This document shows positions 25,432 through 34,277 of a DNA stretch of 34,277 bases, one piece after another. The notes below the pieces were generated by a model. That model saw nothing but the letters and a program-made list of their open reading frames with translations, did no database searches and had not been told where the DNA came from. How positions within the stretch are numbered: position 1 is the first letter of the stretch; each line of letters begins with the position of its first letter. Source of the stretch: a virus (Duplodnaviria > Caudoviricetes). A program made the position numbers and the translations under genes. Location of the stretch: positions 1-34,277 of the IMG/VR virus record IMGVR_UViG_3300029825_000028; one strand, given 5' to 3'.

Positions 25432-26127
25432 TTATTTTTTCTTCATATTTTCCCATTGCTCTGGATATTCTTTGGAGAACCATTCAAGGAAATTTCCAAA
25501 AAGAGCCTCTTCTGCTGATTCCCTTGCTTTGATAGCGTCTGATTTGTCTTCATATCTACCAAGACTATATGTTTTTCCCTTAAATTTTATTTGAGATTTC
25601 CATTTGTCTCTATTCCAGCTCACGCCCGTGTGACCGGACGTGTTGTCTTTCCGGGTCCGCATTGTGAGGTTTCTGACATTTGTTCCTTCTACTGAATATT
25701 CCTTTGTTATGGATGCTAGATTATTGCCTAGTTTTGTTTGAAGCTCATCTCTGATACAACCGCAACTTTTCACTCGTCCACCAACTAAGTCGCTTGCGGA
25801 AATATCTTTATGTCCGCCGCATTCACATTCACAATTCCAAATAACGCTCCCATTCTCTGATCTTCTTTCTGTGGATTTTATGGCTGTTAATCTTCCAAAT
25901 TTCTTTCCAGATAAATTGTCTTGTTGGAATTGTGTTTTTTCTCTAAGGCAACCGCAACTCTGGTTTCTTCCGTTTATTATTCCGTCAGATCGCATCCACT
26001 TGCGACTTCTACAGAGTTCACATTCCACAAAGAAATAACTGCGATTATTTTCCCTTTTCCAGTCCAGGATATTAAGATATCCTATTGTGGTTCCAACCCG
26101 ATCAGATACTTTTACTTTCTTAGCCAT
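25432..26127 (-). CDS. AP2-domain DNA-binding protein with two Cys-rich repeats
   Basis: Two C.C..C...SCGC repeats; NTSGHTGVSW...W.SQI....LGRY...AIKAR (AP2); start ATG 26127. Confidence 0.85.
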   Translation of the reverse strand: MAKKVKVSDRVGTTIGYLNILDWKRENNRSYFFVECELCRSRKWMRSDGIINGRNQSCGCLREKTQFQQDNLSGKKFGRLTAIKSTERRSENGSVIWNCECECGGHKDISASDLVGGRVKSCGCIRDELQTKLGNNLASITKEYSVEGTNVRNLTMRTRKDNTSGHTGVSWNRDKWKSQIKFKGKTYSLGRYEDKSDAIKARESAEEALFGNFLEWFSKEYPEQWENMKKK

Positions 26128-26128
26128 T

Positions 26129-26446
26129 TTAATAAAATTCCTCAATGTATTTCCAAACCAAATCTGTAATTTCATCCAGGTCAGAATATCTCTGGCCCAT
26201 TTCATCATCATTCCAAAACATTTCCAACCCAGAGTATCCCATGTGGTTCTTCCTAAACATACAAAACCAATTGTCATTTTCTTTATTGTATCTTGCCAGT
26301 ATATCAGGCTTGTCATGGTATTTATCTTGGAGATAAACATACTTAACTCCGTGCTTGGAATGTTCAACTTGATAAAGGTAATACTGTAACCGTCTTTTCA
26401 CTGCCTCTTTCGTTGTGGCTTTCAAATTAATTTTACCTTGCGCCAT
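26129..26446 (-). CDS. Hypothetical protein
   Basis: 105 aa; abuts both neighbours; SD GGAGG. Confidence 0.75.
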   Translation of the reverse strand: MAQGKINLKATTKEAVKRRLQYYLYQVEHSKHGVKYVYLQDKYHDKPDILARYNKENDNWFCMFRKNHMGYSGLEMFWNDDEMGQRYSDLDEITDLVWKYIEEFY

Positions 26447-27037
26447 CTACTTTTCACCCTCCTTTAATCCCCACACTTCTTTGACTTCGTTTATACTAGC
26501 CAGCCAAGCACGCCCGCTTTTTGTTGCTGTTAAAAGCCTGTTTTGCTGGCACGCTTGTTTGAGCGCATCTGTTGTTATTCCAGTTTCTTCGGACAATTCT
26601 TTTAGGAGCTTAAGGTCGTACAGCAAATACATGTTTGTAACAAAAACGTCTATCAGGGACGCATCCAACTGTAAGTCTGATTGTTTTTTAGGAATATTCC
26701 AATGCGATACCATTTGTACATTGTTTACACTGCTGACCATAATTTCGGAAACCATTTCCCGGACTTCCTTCAAAAGTCTTTCATTGTTGCACAGCTTTTC
26801 TGTTGTCTCCAGAAGGTTCTTGGCGCCACCCCCGTATGTTACTGTACGGTTGCCCCTAACCATTAAATTCTCGTACTCTCCGGCTGACTTTATTATGCCA
26901 TTCTCCCCCTTGTCGTTCCTATTCAGGTACATTCCCAAAAGCCTTGTACATTTAAACATTTTTTCCAATGCCTGTGCATCTTTTTCAGAAACTTCTCTAA
27001 ACTGCGGTTGTATTTTCTTGTAAAGTTCTGCTTTCAT
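26447..27037 (-). CDS. Hypothetical protein with a C-terminal excisionase/MerR-like HTH
   Basis: LKELSEETGITTDALKQACQQNRL..ATKSGRAWL; SD AGGAGG. Confidence 0.7.
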   Translation of the reverse strand: MKAELYKKIQPQFREVSEKDAQALEKMFKCTRLLGMYLNRNDKGENGIIKSAGEYENLMVRGNRTVTYGGGAKNLLETTEKLCNNERLLKEVREMVSEIMVSSVNNVQMVSHWNIPKKQSDLQLDASLIDVFVTNMYLLYDLKLLKELSEETGITTDALKQACQQNRLLTATKSGRAWLASINEVKEVWGLKEGEK

Positions 27038-27083
27038 ATTGCTCCTCCTTTTGTTTTTCGTTTGACATTCTTTTTATATTCGT

Positions 27084-27112
27084 ATTATATCCTTTATCGA
27101 ATACTTTGTCAA
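27084..27112 (-). promoter_or_regulatory. Consensus sigmaA promoter
   Basis: TTGACA-17 bp-TATAAT, perfect match. Confidence 0.9.
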
Positions 27113-27180
27113 TGCTAGACAACAAAAAAGAAGGCTTACGCATTCCTTTTTGTATACTACAAATACGTTGTATGCAGAAT

Positions 27181-27495
27181 TTACAACCGCCTAATTACCC
27201 TTAATTTTATTGCATTTTCAACCCTTTTATCTGCCATAGCATTGCAGATGTAGGGGTTTGCATTTTTGCGATTGCTAAAAGTGCAAACTTCAAAGCCGGT
27301 GTTTGCACCTGGACTGAAAAACATTTTCATGCTGCAATCAGTCTCTCCAATATAAAATCCTTCTGGAATTTCGACTTCATATGGCTCACTTGTCATCCCG
27401 TTCCAATCATCTTCAATATCTTCAATGCTCCAGCGATATCCATAGGGGCTACTAACCTTCCATAATGTTACTGTATTCTTCATTTCTGTTTTCAC
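27181..27495 (-). CDS. Hypothetical protein
   Basis: GTG start; SD AAGGAGG. Confidence 0.75.
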   Translation of the reverse strand: MKTEMKNTVTLWKVSSPYGYRWSIEDIEDDWNGMTSEPYEVEIPEGFYIGETDCSMKMFFSPGANTGFEVCTFSNRKNANPYICNAMADKRVENAIKLRVIRRL

Positions 27496-27517
27496 TTTTA
27501 ATTCCTCCTTGTTTGTT

Positions 27518-28177
27518 CTAACTTTTCCACTGTTCAGGATGTGCTTCTTTATACCATTCTAGGAAAGGGCCATAGATGTGTCTTTCAGCTTCTTCCCTCG
27601 CGATTACGGCATTGATTTTTTCATCAAATCTTCCAAGGAAATACTTCCTTTTCTGAAACATGATTTCGGCTGCCCATTTCCCGCGATTTTCATCATACCA
27701 TACACCAGTTACTCCAGACGTATTTGTACTTCTGGGTTTTTGTGACTTTAATTTGCTTGGAGCTGTACCATTTATATATAATTCCTTTACTTTATCCTTT
27801 TGAAGACATCCGCATGATTGCGTATTTCCTGAGAGTAGATCATGGCTCCTCACAAAAGTTTCTTTTCCACAATCACACTTGCACCGCCATATTGTAAGTC
27901 TCGTTTTATCAGACTTTGTAGGCTCAATAGCTATCAATCTTCCAAATCTCATTCCGGTCAAGTCTTTTTTAGGCCGCCTATATACACAGCCACAATTTTT
28001 AATTTCCCCACGCAAAAGATTCGCCCTGGTGGCATATTTTATATTTCCGCAATCACATCGACACTTATATAATCTCCTGCCATAGGAATTGCGTTTATCT
28101 GATAACTCCAAAACGGTAAGCATATTATATTTTTGTCCAATCATACTTAAATCTGGCTTTTTAGGCATTTTCACCAT
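27518..28177 (-). CDS. AP2-domain protein with two Cys-rich repeats (paralog of 25432-26127)
   Basis: CRCDCG...CGC twice; NTSGVTGVWY...KWAAEI...FLGRF...A..AR. Confidence 0.85.
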   Translation of the reverse strand: MVKMPKKPDLSMIGQKYNMLTVLELSDKRNSYGRRLYKCRCDCGNIKYATRANLLRGEIKNCGCVYRRPKKDLTGMRFGRLIAIEPTKSDKTRLTIWRCKCDCGKETFVRSHDLLSGNTQSCGCLQKDKVKELYINGTAPSKLKSQKPRSTNTSGVTGVWYDENRGKWAAEIMFQKRKYFLGRFDEKINAVIAREEAERHIYGPFLEWYKEAHPEQWKS

Positions 28178-28796
28178 TCCTTATCTTTTCGAGATAGTCA
28201 CGCAACTTTTTTTCTTCTTCTTCTGTAACATATATTCTTGCAATTTTTCTACCGGTTGCTTTCCTGCCGGCACCTTCACGATAACCGCCCCAGTCAGTAC
28301 GAATATTGACTCTTCCTGGGGAACCATTAAAAGCTTCAATGCCCTTATTTCTTAAATATCCTTCCAAAGGTATCGCTTCGCCAGGGCCCACCTTTATCTG
28401 GATACTTTTAAAATATTTTGTATACTTTTCCCCATATATGGAACCAATGCGGTCTCCAAACTCTCCGGAAACCGTATCATCCGCAAGGTTATATTTCTTG
28501 CAGAGTTCATCAAATTCTTCTGAGGTGATTGGCCTGCCAGGCTCAATCGAAAAACCTTCCCTTGGAATCATATTGTTGGTTATATAGGAATACTCTGGCT
28601 GCTTTTCCTTTTTAGGTTCTAGTTTCTTTTTATATGGCCTCAACGCCTCTTTTTTGATAGGTCTTTGTCGAGTTTCCGTGTCAGCAATCATATACCAAGA
28701 ATCTCCAATATTTACAACCCATCCATTGGAATACGCCGGGTCATAATAGAATCCGTCTACGATTAACAGTCCGTCCTCATTGTACTCTAAGCTCAT
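28161..28796 (-). CDS. Hypothetical protein with a C-terminal GGxRxGAGRK DNA-binding motif
   Basis: WGGYREGAGRKATGRKIARIYVT; start ATG 28796 behind SD AGGAGG. Confidence 0.75.
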   Translation of the reverse strand: MSLEYNEDGLLIVDGFYYDPAYSNGWVVNIGDSWYMIADTETRQRPIKKEALRPYKKKLEPKKEKQPEYSYITNNMIPREGFSIEPGRPITSEEFDELCKKYNLADDTVSGEFGDRIGSIYGEKYTKYFKSIQIKVGPGEAIPLEGYLRNKGIEAFNGSPGRVNIRTDWGGYREGAGRKATGRKIARIYVTEEEEKKLRDYLEKIRNGENA

Positions 28797-28849
28797 AAAT
28801 ATTTCCTCCTCTTTTCTTGAAATAGGTGCACTTGTTTCAACTTGATATA

Positions 28850-28878
28850 AGTGTAACCTCAATCAAGGCATTTGTCAA
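28850..28878 (-). promoter_or_regulatory. sigmaA promoter
   Basis: TTGACA-17 bp-TACACT. Confidence 0.75.
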
Positions 28879-28931
28879 TCATTTTTTAATAGAATTTTTT
28901 TATAGAATTATTTTATAGCATGCTATCTAAA

Positions 28932-29990
28932 TTATGCCGCCGCTCCGTACTGTAAAAATGCATTTTTGACCTGATGCGGACTCCTGTATGCATAGTGTTT
29001 GTTCGTCACATTTCCGTTCTTATGTCCAAGATACAGAGATATAAGTTCTCCCGGGCATCCCCTACGCGCCATATTTGTGGCTGTAGTCTTTCGGAAAAGG
29101 TGCGGGTATATATTTCTACCTACGATAGACCGCTTCGCTATTTGCTTTAATGCAGAGCGCAGACCGCACCTTGTCATTCTTTTGTGTGGAGATTTCAGAG
29201 ACACAAATAAAGCTGGGTCGGAATCCTTCCTACTATCCACATACTTTTTGAGGTGAAATCTTGCAGCATCATCCAAACAGACAGTTCTGTATGCCCTGCC
29301 CTTTTGACCGTATACAAGTATATCTCCGGTTTCCCAATTGATATCTTCTATGTTGACGGAAACACATTCTCCAATGCGAACTGCTGTGGAACGCAGAAAC
29401 TCTATTAATGCCCTGTCTCGCAGACTTTCCCTATACTCTTCTATTTGCGTGACCTTATTCACGATTTTGACCTTACAGGCATCACGCAAGGCTTCTACTT
29501 CCCAGTCTTCCAAGTGATCAATAGGCTTTTCAGTCTCTACATACTTTTCTATGCTTTCAGCAGGATTTTCCGTGACAAGATGATTTCTCCTCATCCAAGT
29601 GAAAAAAGCTGATATCACACGCCGTTCATTATTTACTGTGACTGCCTTATTTCCTTTCTTGGAATATTGGTTCAGATAATATTCGATATCCATGTCAGTT
29701 ACATCTATCAGAGATTTTCCGACAAATGCAATAAAATTATTCATGGTTCGTCTGTAGTATTCCGCTGTATATTTACTTAGTTTAGGAGCCTTTTTAGCTT
29801 CAAACAGCTCCATAATACATTCGTTGGTATTTTCGTTGGTGGCAGGCAGAGTTTCTCCCATTTCCACGATATTGATGTTAAAGAGAGCCTGCACAATAGT
29901 TTGGTTCAGAATATCCATTGTGACAGAATCAAGATATGGTTTCATAGATGTCAAAATATTGTCTCTAAAAATTTCTTTCTGTGTACGCAT
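28932..29990 (-). CDS. Tyrosine recombinase (XerD-like)
   Basis: Catalytic residues R (STAVRIGE), K, HLFR, LGH and Y; N-terminal core-binding domain. Confidence 0.93.
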   Translation of the reverse strand: MRTQKEIFRDNILTSMKPYLDSVTMDILNQTIVQALFNINIVEMGETLPATNENTNECIMELFEAKKAPKLSKYTAEYYRRTMNNFIAFVGKSLIDVTDMDIEYYLNQYSKKGNKAVTVNNERRVISAFFTWMRRNHLVTENPAESIEKYVETEKPIDHLEDWEVEALRDACKVKIVNKVTQIEEYRESLRDRALIEFLRSTAVRIGECVSVNIEDINWETGDILVYGQKGRAYRTVCLDDAARFHLKKYVDSRKDSDPALFVSLKSPHKRMTRCGLRSALKQIAKRSIVGRNIYPHLFRKTTATNMARRGCPGELISLYLGHKNGNVTNKHYAYRSPHQVKNAFLQYGAAA

Positions 29991-30007
29991 AATTATCCTC
30001 CTTAATA

Positions 30008-30099
30008 TTGCTCAAGGACGAAAAAGTATGCTATAATGTCCTTGAGTGAATGGGTAACGGAGAACTCGCCAAAGTTTTAGTCCGTTACCTGTTTTTTAT
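30008..30099 (+). ncRNA. Candidate small RNA antisense to the recombinase leader (promoter plus terminator)
   Basis: TTGCTC-18-TATAAT with TG extension; GGTAACGGA...TCCGTTACC hairpin followed by TGTTTTTT; no ORF inside. Confidence 0.55.
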
Positions 30100-30195
30100 T
30101 GTTCAAAAACTCACTCACCCAATTTTCGATAAATCCCGGCTCCCTACTTCCGGTATTTTCCACTGTATGTATTGCTCTACTGTCATTCTCGGCAG

Positions 30196-30327
30196 TCATT
30201 TAACTGATTTTCCAATAAAAGTATTTTTCGGCTTGTTCTGATATGGTTTCCGCTTAAAATTTTCATAAGCGTTGCTATCAGGAGCGTTTTCAGCCATTTC
30301 AGCATATTCAATCTTTTTGCTTCTCAT
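30196..30327 (-). CDS. Small ORF (43 aa), possible degenerate paralog of 30909-31082
   Basis: MAENAPDSNAYENFKRKPYQ versus LAGRTPDKRAADRFNRPAYQ; poor SD spacing. Confidence 0.4.
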   Translation of the reverse strand: MRSKKIEYAEMAENAPDSNAYENFKRKPYQNKPKNTFIGKSVK

Positions 30328-30372
30328 TGCTCCTATTGCAGCAACTTTATTTTTATCTACCTCTGACACGTG

Positions 30373-30543
30373 TCAGTCCTCCCTATTCTCCTCTACTCTT
30401 TTGCTTGCCAGTTCTTTGCACCTGTCACAATCCAAATAGCAACAATACCTGACTGGAATATGCTGGCAATAATTCTTGCCATAACAATCCACATAATCAC
30501 AAATGATATTTGTTGCTCTGTGTCGAAATGCTTGTTTTGGCAT
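30373..30543 (-). CDS. Small Cys-rich protein
   Basis: SD GGAGGTG; seven Cys. Confidence 0.6.
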   Translation of the reverse strand: MPKQAFRHRATNIICDYVDCYGKNYCQHIPVRYCCYLDCDRCKELASKRVEENRED

Positions 30544-30575
30544 TCTTAGCACCTCCAATTTGTATAATTTACCTG

Positions 30576-30604
30576 TTTACTTTTAGAACATATGTTCGTA
30601 CAAT
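30576..30604 (+). promoter_or_regulatory. SOS (LexA/DinR) box within a sigmaA promoter
   Basis: AGAACATATGTTCG at 30585-30598, between TTTACT and TACAAT (17 bp spacer). Confidence 0.85.
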
Positions 30605-30636
30605 ATAGCTATTAATTTATGGAAGGATGATTAAAT

Positions 30637-30912
30637 ATGCCTGCTGCTGTATCCCGTGGAACAATTGATTCAGCAACGATGCTTCGGGTTCCTGTGATTG
30701 CCTCATATGATTGTTTTGGAAATACTCTGCCTTTGTATATTGGACATAATGGAGAGTCCTACAAAGTACTGTCTGCAACCCTTAAACCTGGTTTTGATTT
30801 AAAGGTCTTCCAGTGCAAAGTTGAAATATATGACCGTGTACGTGATGTAACACTCTCCTATCATCCTTACGAAAATGTATGGACAGTTCCAAAACGTCCG
30901 AAAAATTATTAA
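30637..30912 (+). CDS. SOS-regulated small protein
   Basis: SD AAGGA; opposite strand to its neighbours; LexA box in the promoter. Confidence 0.8.
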   Translation: MPAAVSRGTIDSATMLRVPVIASYDCFGNTLPLYIGHNGESYKVLSATLKPGFDLKVFQCKVEIYDRVRDVTLSYHPYENVWTVPKRPKNY

Positions 30913-31082
30913 ATAACACTCTTATGTATCTGTTCCCCCTGCGCCCTTACCGCCCTCTGTGTCTGGTAAGCGGGGCGGTTAAATCTATCCGCCGCCCGCT
31001 TATCTGGGGTACGTCCTGCCAGTCCTCCGTAGTGCTCTTGGCTGTCCTGACGCTGTTCTTTTCTGGTTCTACGCTTATTCAT
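30909..31082 (-). CDS. Small basic hypothetical protein
   Basis: Overlaps the upstream stop; SD GGGGTG. Confidence 0.6.
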   Translation of the reverse strand: MNKRRTRKEQRQDSQEHYGGLAGRTPDKRAADRFNRPAYQTQRAVRAQGEQIHKSVI

Positions 31083-31449
31083 CTTCATCACCCCACGGCA
31101 TCCTTGTTCCGCAGTAAGGGCAATAATGGAATGCCCCGGCTACTGTTTCATCGCACGCTGGGCACTTCACAGCTACCGCTCCGCTTGGAGGGGTTATTAT
31201 TTTATGCGGCTTTTCCGGCATCTGCTTTTCTCTCAACCTGTTTACTTCCTCACATTTTTCCAGATACAGTCTGTCTATCTCTATAAGTTGTTCCGGGGTA
31301 AGGTTGGTATCCTCGTATCTCGCTAAAGTTTCACATACCTTGACATTAAACTCGCAAATTTCCTCTTCACACCCCATTCCCAGACAAGGCTCTTCAAAGC
31401 ATTCTGGATAGTATGCTTTCCCTTCTTCCCACGCTGTTAATCTCTTCAT
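31075..31449 (-). CDS. Phage protein with a C-terminal zinc ribbon
   Basis: MKRLT, LARYEDT.LTPEQ and CPAC...YCPYCG. Confidence 0.85.
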   Translation of the reverse strand: MKRLTAWEEGKAYYPECFEEPCLGMGCEEEICEFNVKVCETLARYEDTNLTPEQLIEIDRLYLEKCEEVNRLREKQMPEKPHKIITPPSGAVAVKCPACDETVAGAFHYCPYCGTRMPWGDEDE

Positions 31450-31451
31450 CT

Positions 31452-32105
31452 CTACTCCTTTCCCGCAAAACTAAAATCAACTGTCTGTAATATCTTCCAC
31501 AATTTATCCACATCAGGACTTCTCCACGCTGTCATGGCGTAAGTATGGGCATCTTCCGAGTAATGATGGCTGTTTCCCCTCAAATGTTCTTCTGCGGCTT
31601 TCTGTGTAAGGAACATAGTGTCCTCATAGATTTTAGGAATTATCTTATACGGAATGGCTTCGTATTCATCGTATCCAAATTTATGTAGCCACTCTGTGAT
31701 TTCTTCTGCCGTCCCTAACTCATCGAACATCTCGTCTTTATTATCAATCGCTATGCTATCATGGAATATGCCTTTTTCTACTGATACTTTGTAGCTATCC
31801 CCATAGCATGAATTGATATCTTCCAGAAAGTTTTCCTGAATATACTTCACAATCTCCTCAATGCCATCCGCATCAGTGTAGCACCCTTCCGTGTCGTATA
31901 GTTCGATTCCATCCTCTTCACCCTCAACACGGTAAAGTTTTTCACTCCCCTTAATTACCCAAAATCTGGGGTCGGCTTGACTAACATGATCCTGAGTATT
32001 CATTTCCTTTTGCAGAGCAATTAGAAATTCCAATTCTTCTTTGGTGATATCATGCTTTTCTATTTCGTCTGCATGGTGTTTCAACCCTTTGTGATATATA
32101 GCCAT
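31452..32105 (-). CDS. Hypothetical phage protein
   Basis: TQDHVSQADPRFW and FLTQKAAEEH...N.HHY...HTYAMTAWRSP. Confidence 0.85.
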   Translation of the reverse strand: MAIYHKGLKHHADEIEKHDITKEELEFLIALQKEMNTQDHVSQADPRFWVIKGSEKLYRVEGEEDGIELYDTEGCYTDADGIEEIVKYIQENFLEDINSCYGDSYKVSVEKGIFHDSIAIDNKDEMFDELGTAEEITEWLHKFGYDEYEAIPYKIIPKIYEDTMFLTQKAAEEHLRGNSHHYSEDAHTYAMTAWRSPDVDKLWKILQTVDFSFAGKE

Positions 32106-32107
32106 CT

Positions 32108-32389
32108 CTATACCTCCACTTCTTCATCCTGTGGCATCTGAAATACACTAACGCAGTCTCCATGAATATAAACGCCGTGATGAACACAGTCCAGCTTTGC
32201 ATAATTATCCTGTATCATATCCAGTACCTTTATAGCTTTTTCTTCACTGGAATATTCTCCAATTGTAGATGTCGGTTCTACACTTCCGATATCATAAAAA
32301 AGAATATTTTTCTTATTCCTGTAATCCACTGCCGTTGTTCCATTTTCCAGATTTATCAGTTGCAACTTATCTTGACTTCTGATTAACAT
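32108..32389 (-). CDS. Hypothetical phage protein
   Basis: MLIRSQDK...GEYSSEEKAIKVLDMIQ...FQMP pattern. Confidence 0.85.
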   Translation of the reverse strand: MLIRSQDKLQLINLENGTTAVDYRNKKNILFYDIGSVEPTSTIGEYSSEEKAIKVLDMIQDNYAKLDCVHHGVYIHGDCVSVFQMPQDEEVEV

Positions 32390-32421
32390 TCTTCCCCTCC
32401 TTAAATGCTGATTTAGTTAAT

Positions 32422-33222
32422 TTACGGTAGCACTTCCGGGAAGTCTGCTATACTCATCTGTCCATCGGAATAATTAAGCATTTCCTCGGTTGCTCTCCGG
32501 TAAAAATCTTTGGATATCTCAAAGCCATAGCTATTCCTGCCAAGTTCCATTGCTGCCCTCAAGGTTGCTGCACTTCCCGCGCAAGGGTCAATCACAACGT
32601 CCCCCGGGTCTGTAAAGACTTCAATCAAGCGTTTTAATACATTCACAGGCTTTTGCGCCGGGTGAATCTTTGGATACTCCTTCGCGCTGTCCCGTTTCCA
32701 CTCAAACCAGTTAAATACCATCTTCCCATTGTTGCGGAACTTTGGCAGCTTATTACGGTACAGGAGAAGTGCATATTCAGTTGCACCGCATACCCTCATG
32801 TTTGCCTTAAGCACTTGCGGGCTGTAATTCTTGCAGAAAATCAGCGGAATGTTATGTACAAATCCATATTTCTCCGCATATTTGAGGACCGTCTGTATCT
32901 GCTCAAAGCTACAAAATACTATCATGCAAGGTGCATCTGAAGACTTCCCTCTGCCGTTACTCTTTGCAGGCTCTTTTTTCAGTAGCCGATTACAAAAGTG
33001 AAAATACTCTGCAATGTTAAAATTAAAATCTGTGTTAAACGCTGCCTTTTTAGCAAGTTTGCTTTCCCCGTTTTTATTGTCTCCTCCCACGTACCACATT
33101 GGATTAGAGCCGTAGAAGTTATTGCCTATGTTGTACGGGATATCCGCTATCACCAGCTGTGCTTTTGGTATCCCATACCTCTTATAATTTTGGAAATTAT
33201 CGTTAAAAAGTTCTGTTTTCAT
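32422..33222 (-). CDS. N6-adenine/N4-cytosine DNA methyltransferase (beta class)
   Basis: Motif IV DIPY precedes HPAQKP and motif I DPCAGS; start ATG 33222. Confidence 0.92.
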   Translation of the reverse strand: MKTELFNDNFQNYKRYGIPKAQLVIADIPYNIGNNFYGSNPMWYVGGDNKNGESKLAKKAAFNTDFNFNIAEYFHFCNRLLKKEPAKSNGRGKSSDAPCMIVFCSFEQIQTVLKYAEKYGFVHNIPLIFCKNYSPQVLKANMRVCGATEYALLLYRNKLPKFRNNGKMVFNWFEWKRDSAKEYPKIHPAQKPVNVLKRLIEVFTDPGDVVIDPCAGSAATLRAAMELGRNSYGFEISKDFYRRATEEMLNYSDGQMSIADFPEVLP

Positions 33223-33283
33223 TTTTGAAAGGAACCGATGCATCTTTACCCGGCCGGGGTTCCGACTCCTTCCTTAGATTTTT

Positions 33284-33457
33284 CTATTTTTCCGCAATCG
33301 CTTCTGTGCTCAAAACGTCGCACTTCACCATAGCTTCTAATACCACCTTGCTGTTATAGACAAAAGCTCCACAGTTCTTACACTTTCTTTGCAATTCTTT
33401 GTCTTTGGTTTGATATCGTCTTACAAACCCACAATTTGGACATATGTATTTCTTCAT
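33284..33457 (-). CDS. Small zinc-ribbon protein
   Basis: CPNCG...CKNCG; SD AGGAG. Confidence 0.7.
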   Translation of the reverse strand: MKKYICPNCGFVRRYQTKDKELQRKCKNCGAFVYNSKVVLEAMVKCDVLSTEAIAEK

Positions 33458-33482
33458 GTTGTTTTCTCCTCTAAATGGCGGT

Positions 33483-33731
33483 TTAGTGCAGTAATTTCTC
33501 AGCACTTTCAAAATCGTGCCCGAAGAAATTTTCATCAATGTTGTCATATATTGCTTCCAAAAAGGCATCATCATCAGATAGTCCAGAACTTTCAATCTGC
33601 TCATTAAATTCTCTGTCCTTGCAAGACATCATTCCAGGCTTTTCCCGTTCCCACCTTTTTACAAATTTTTGCCCGTTTACCCACAATGTTTCTACAAAAC
33701 CATTTTCTGTTGTTTCCACGCTATATTTCAT
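33483..33731 (-). CDS. Acidic hypothetical protein
   Basis: Start ATG 33731; SD GAGG. Confidence 0.7.
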   Translation of the reverse strand: MKYSVETTENGFVETLWVNGQKFVKRWEREKPGMMSCKDREFNEQIESSGLSDDDAFLEAIYDNIDENFFGHDFESAEKLLH

Positions 33732-33750
33732 CTCTACCTCTTTCCCCGGC

Positions 33751-34026
33751 TCAGCAGCCGTACGCTTTAAACACAATCTTTTTCCCCTCGAATGCATATA
33801 ATCCTTTTTGCAATTCATTCCACTTTTTTAATGCTAAGTATGCGGACTTTTCTTCGTACAGTCCGCCTCTGCCACAATTAGGGCATTTTACATTCCAATA
33901 CTGTTTATGCATTCTATTACTGTTATGCGGTATTAATATAGGCATTCCATAGTCGCATCTTTCCGCTAAGGTTGGCGGGTGAGGCATACATACACAAGGG
34001 ATAATATTATCTACTGTCATGTTCAT
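33751..34026 (-). CDS. Lar-like zinc-ribbon protein
   Basis: PCVC...VKCPNCG...A..KWN. Confidence 0.55.
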   Translation of the reverse strand: MNMTVDNIIPCVCMPHPPTLAERCDYGMPILIPHNSNRMHKQYWNVKCPNCGRGGLYEEKSAYLALKKWNELQKGLYAFEGKKIVFKAYGC

Positions 34027-34034
34027 TCACCCTC

Positions 34035-34277
34035 CTATTCTGCCTTGTACGGTTCCGGCAGTGGCATCCAGGCAAGAACAATATCCTTGTCAATCCTGGT
34101 GTCCGTACTTGTGTTTTTCCATACTCCCGCCTTTCCGATATAGCCAATTACTGAGAAATTATCACCGAAAGAAACTAATACGTCCACTTCCTTCTCCGGA
34201 AGCCGTTCCGATACCGGAATCCAAGCACCTACTCTGGTTCTGCCATTCCATGCCTGTGTTGCGCCTTCTCTCGTGCT
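34035..34277 (-). CDS. DUF551-domain protein (5' end off the window)
   Basis: Manual translation ...AWNGR...WIPVSERLPE...VLAWMPLPEPYKAE. Confidence 0.85.
   Translation of the reverse strand, partial: STREGATQAWNGRTRVGAWIPVSERLPEKEVDVLVSFGDNFSVIGYIGKAGVWKNTSTDTRIDKDIVLAWMPLPEPYKAE

Noticed and set aside
28932-29990. Prophage boundary or att site at the recombinase
   Set aside because: Phage-type genes continue on both sides; no host genes or att repeat are visible

Overview
A 34 kb internal segment of a siphovirus-type phage or prophage, most likely infecting a Clostridia (Lachnospiraceae-like) host; the host is inferred from gene content and sigmaA/LexA-type signals. Most genes run on the minus strand. 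From right to left: small early genes and an N6/N4 DNA methyltransferase, a tyrosine recombinase, two AP2-domain proteins, an HTH repressor controlling a divergent plus-strand operon, an iteron-like tract, terS, a 5.3 kb accessory island (GNAT, tRNA-like RNA, tRNA-Asn, RtcB RNA ligase), terL, an ArpU-like activator, then portal, scaffold, capsid, neck, tail, tape measure and a truncated tail protein. The most striking signal is in non-coding DNA. The plus-strand operon carries a twister ribozyme (23161-23210) and a type II hammerhead ribozyme (24581-24648). Their cleavage would release a 1445-nt mRNA with 5'-OH and 2',3'-cyclic-phosphate ends, which are the substrate ends of the RtcB ligase encoded in the same genome, so this is a candidate natural circular-mRNA or RNA re-ligation system. 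Other notable signals: a tRNA mimic with a replaced anticodon arm, a moron whose promoter sequence could antiterminate its own terminator, six NrdR-like boxes around terS, and two predicted -1 frameshifts. All calls were made by eye; no searches or folding programs were run.
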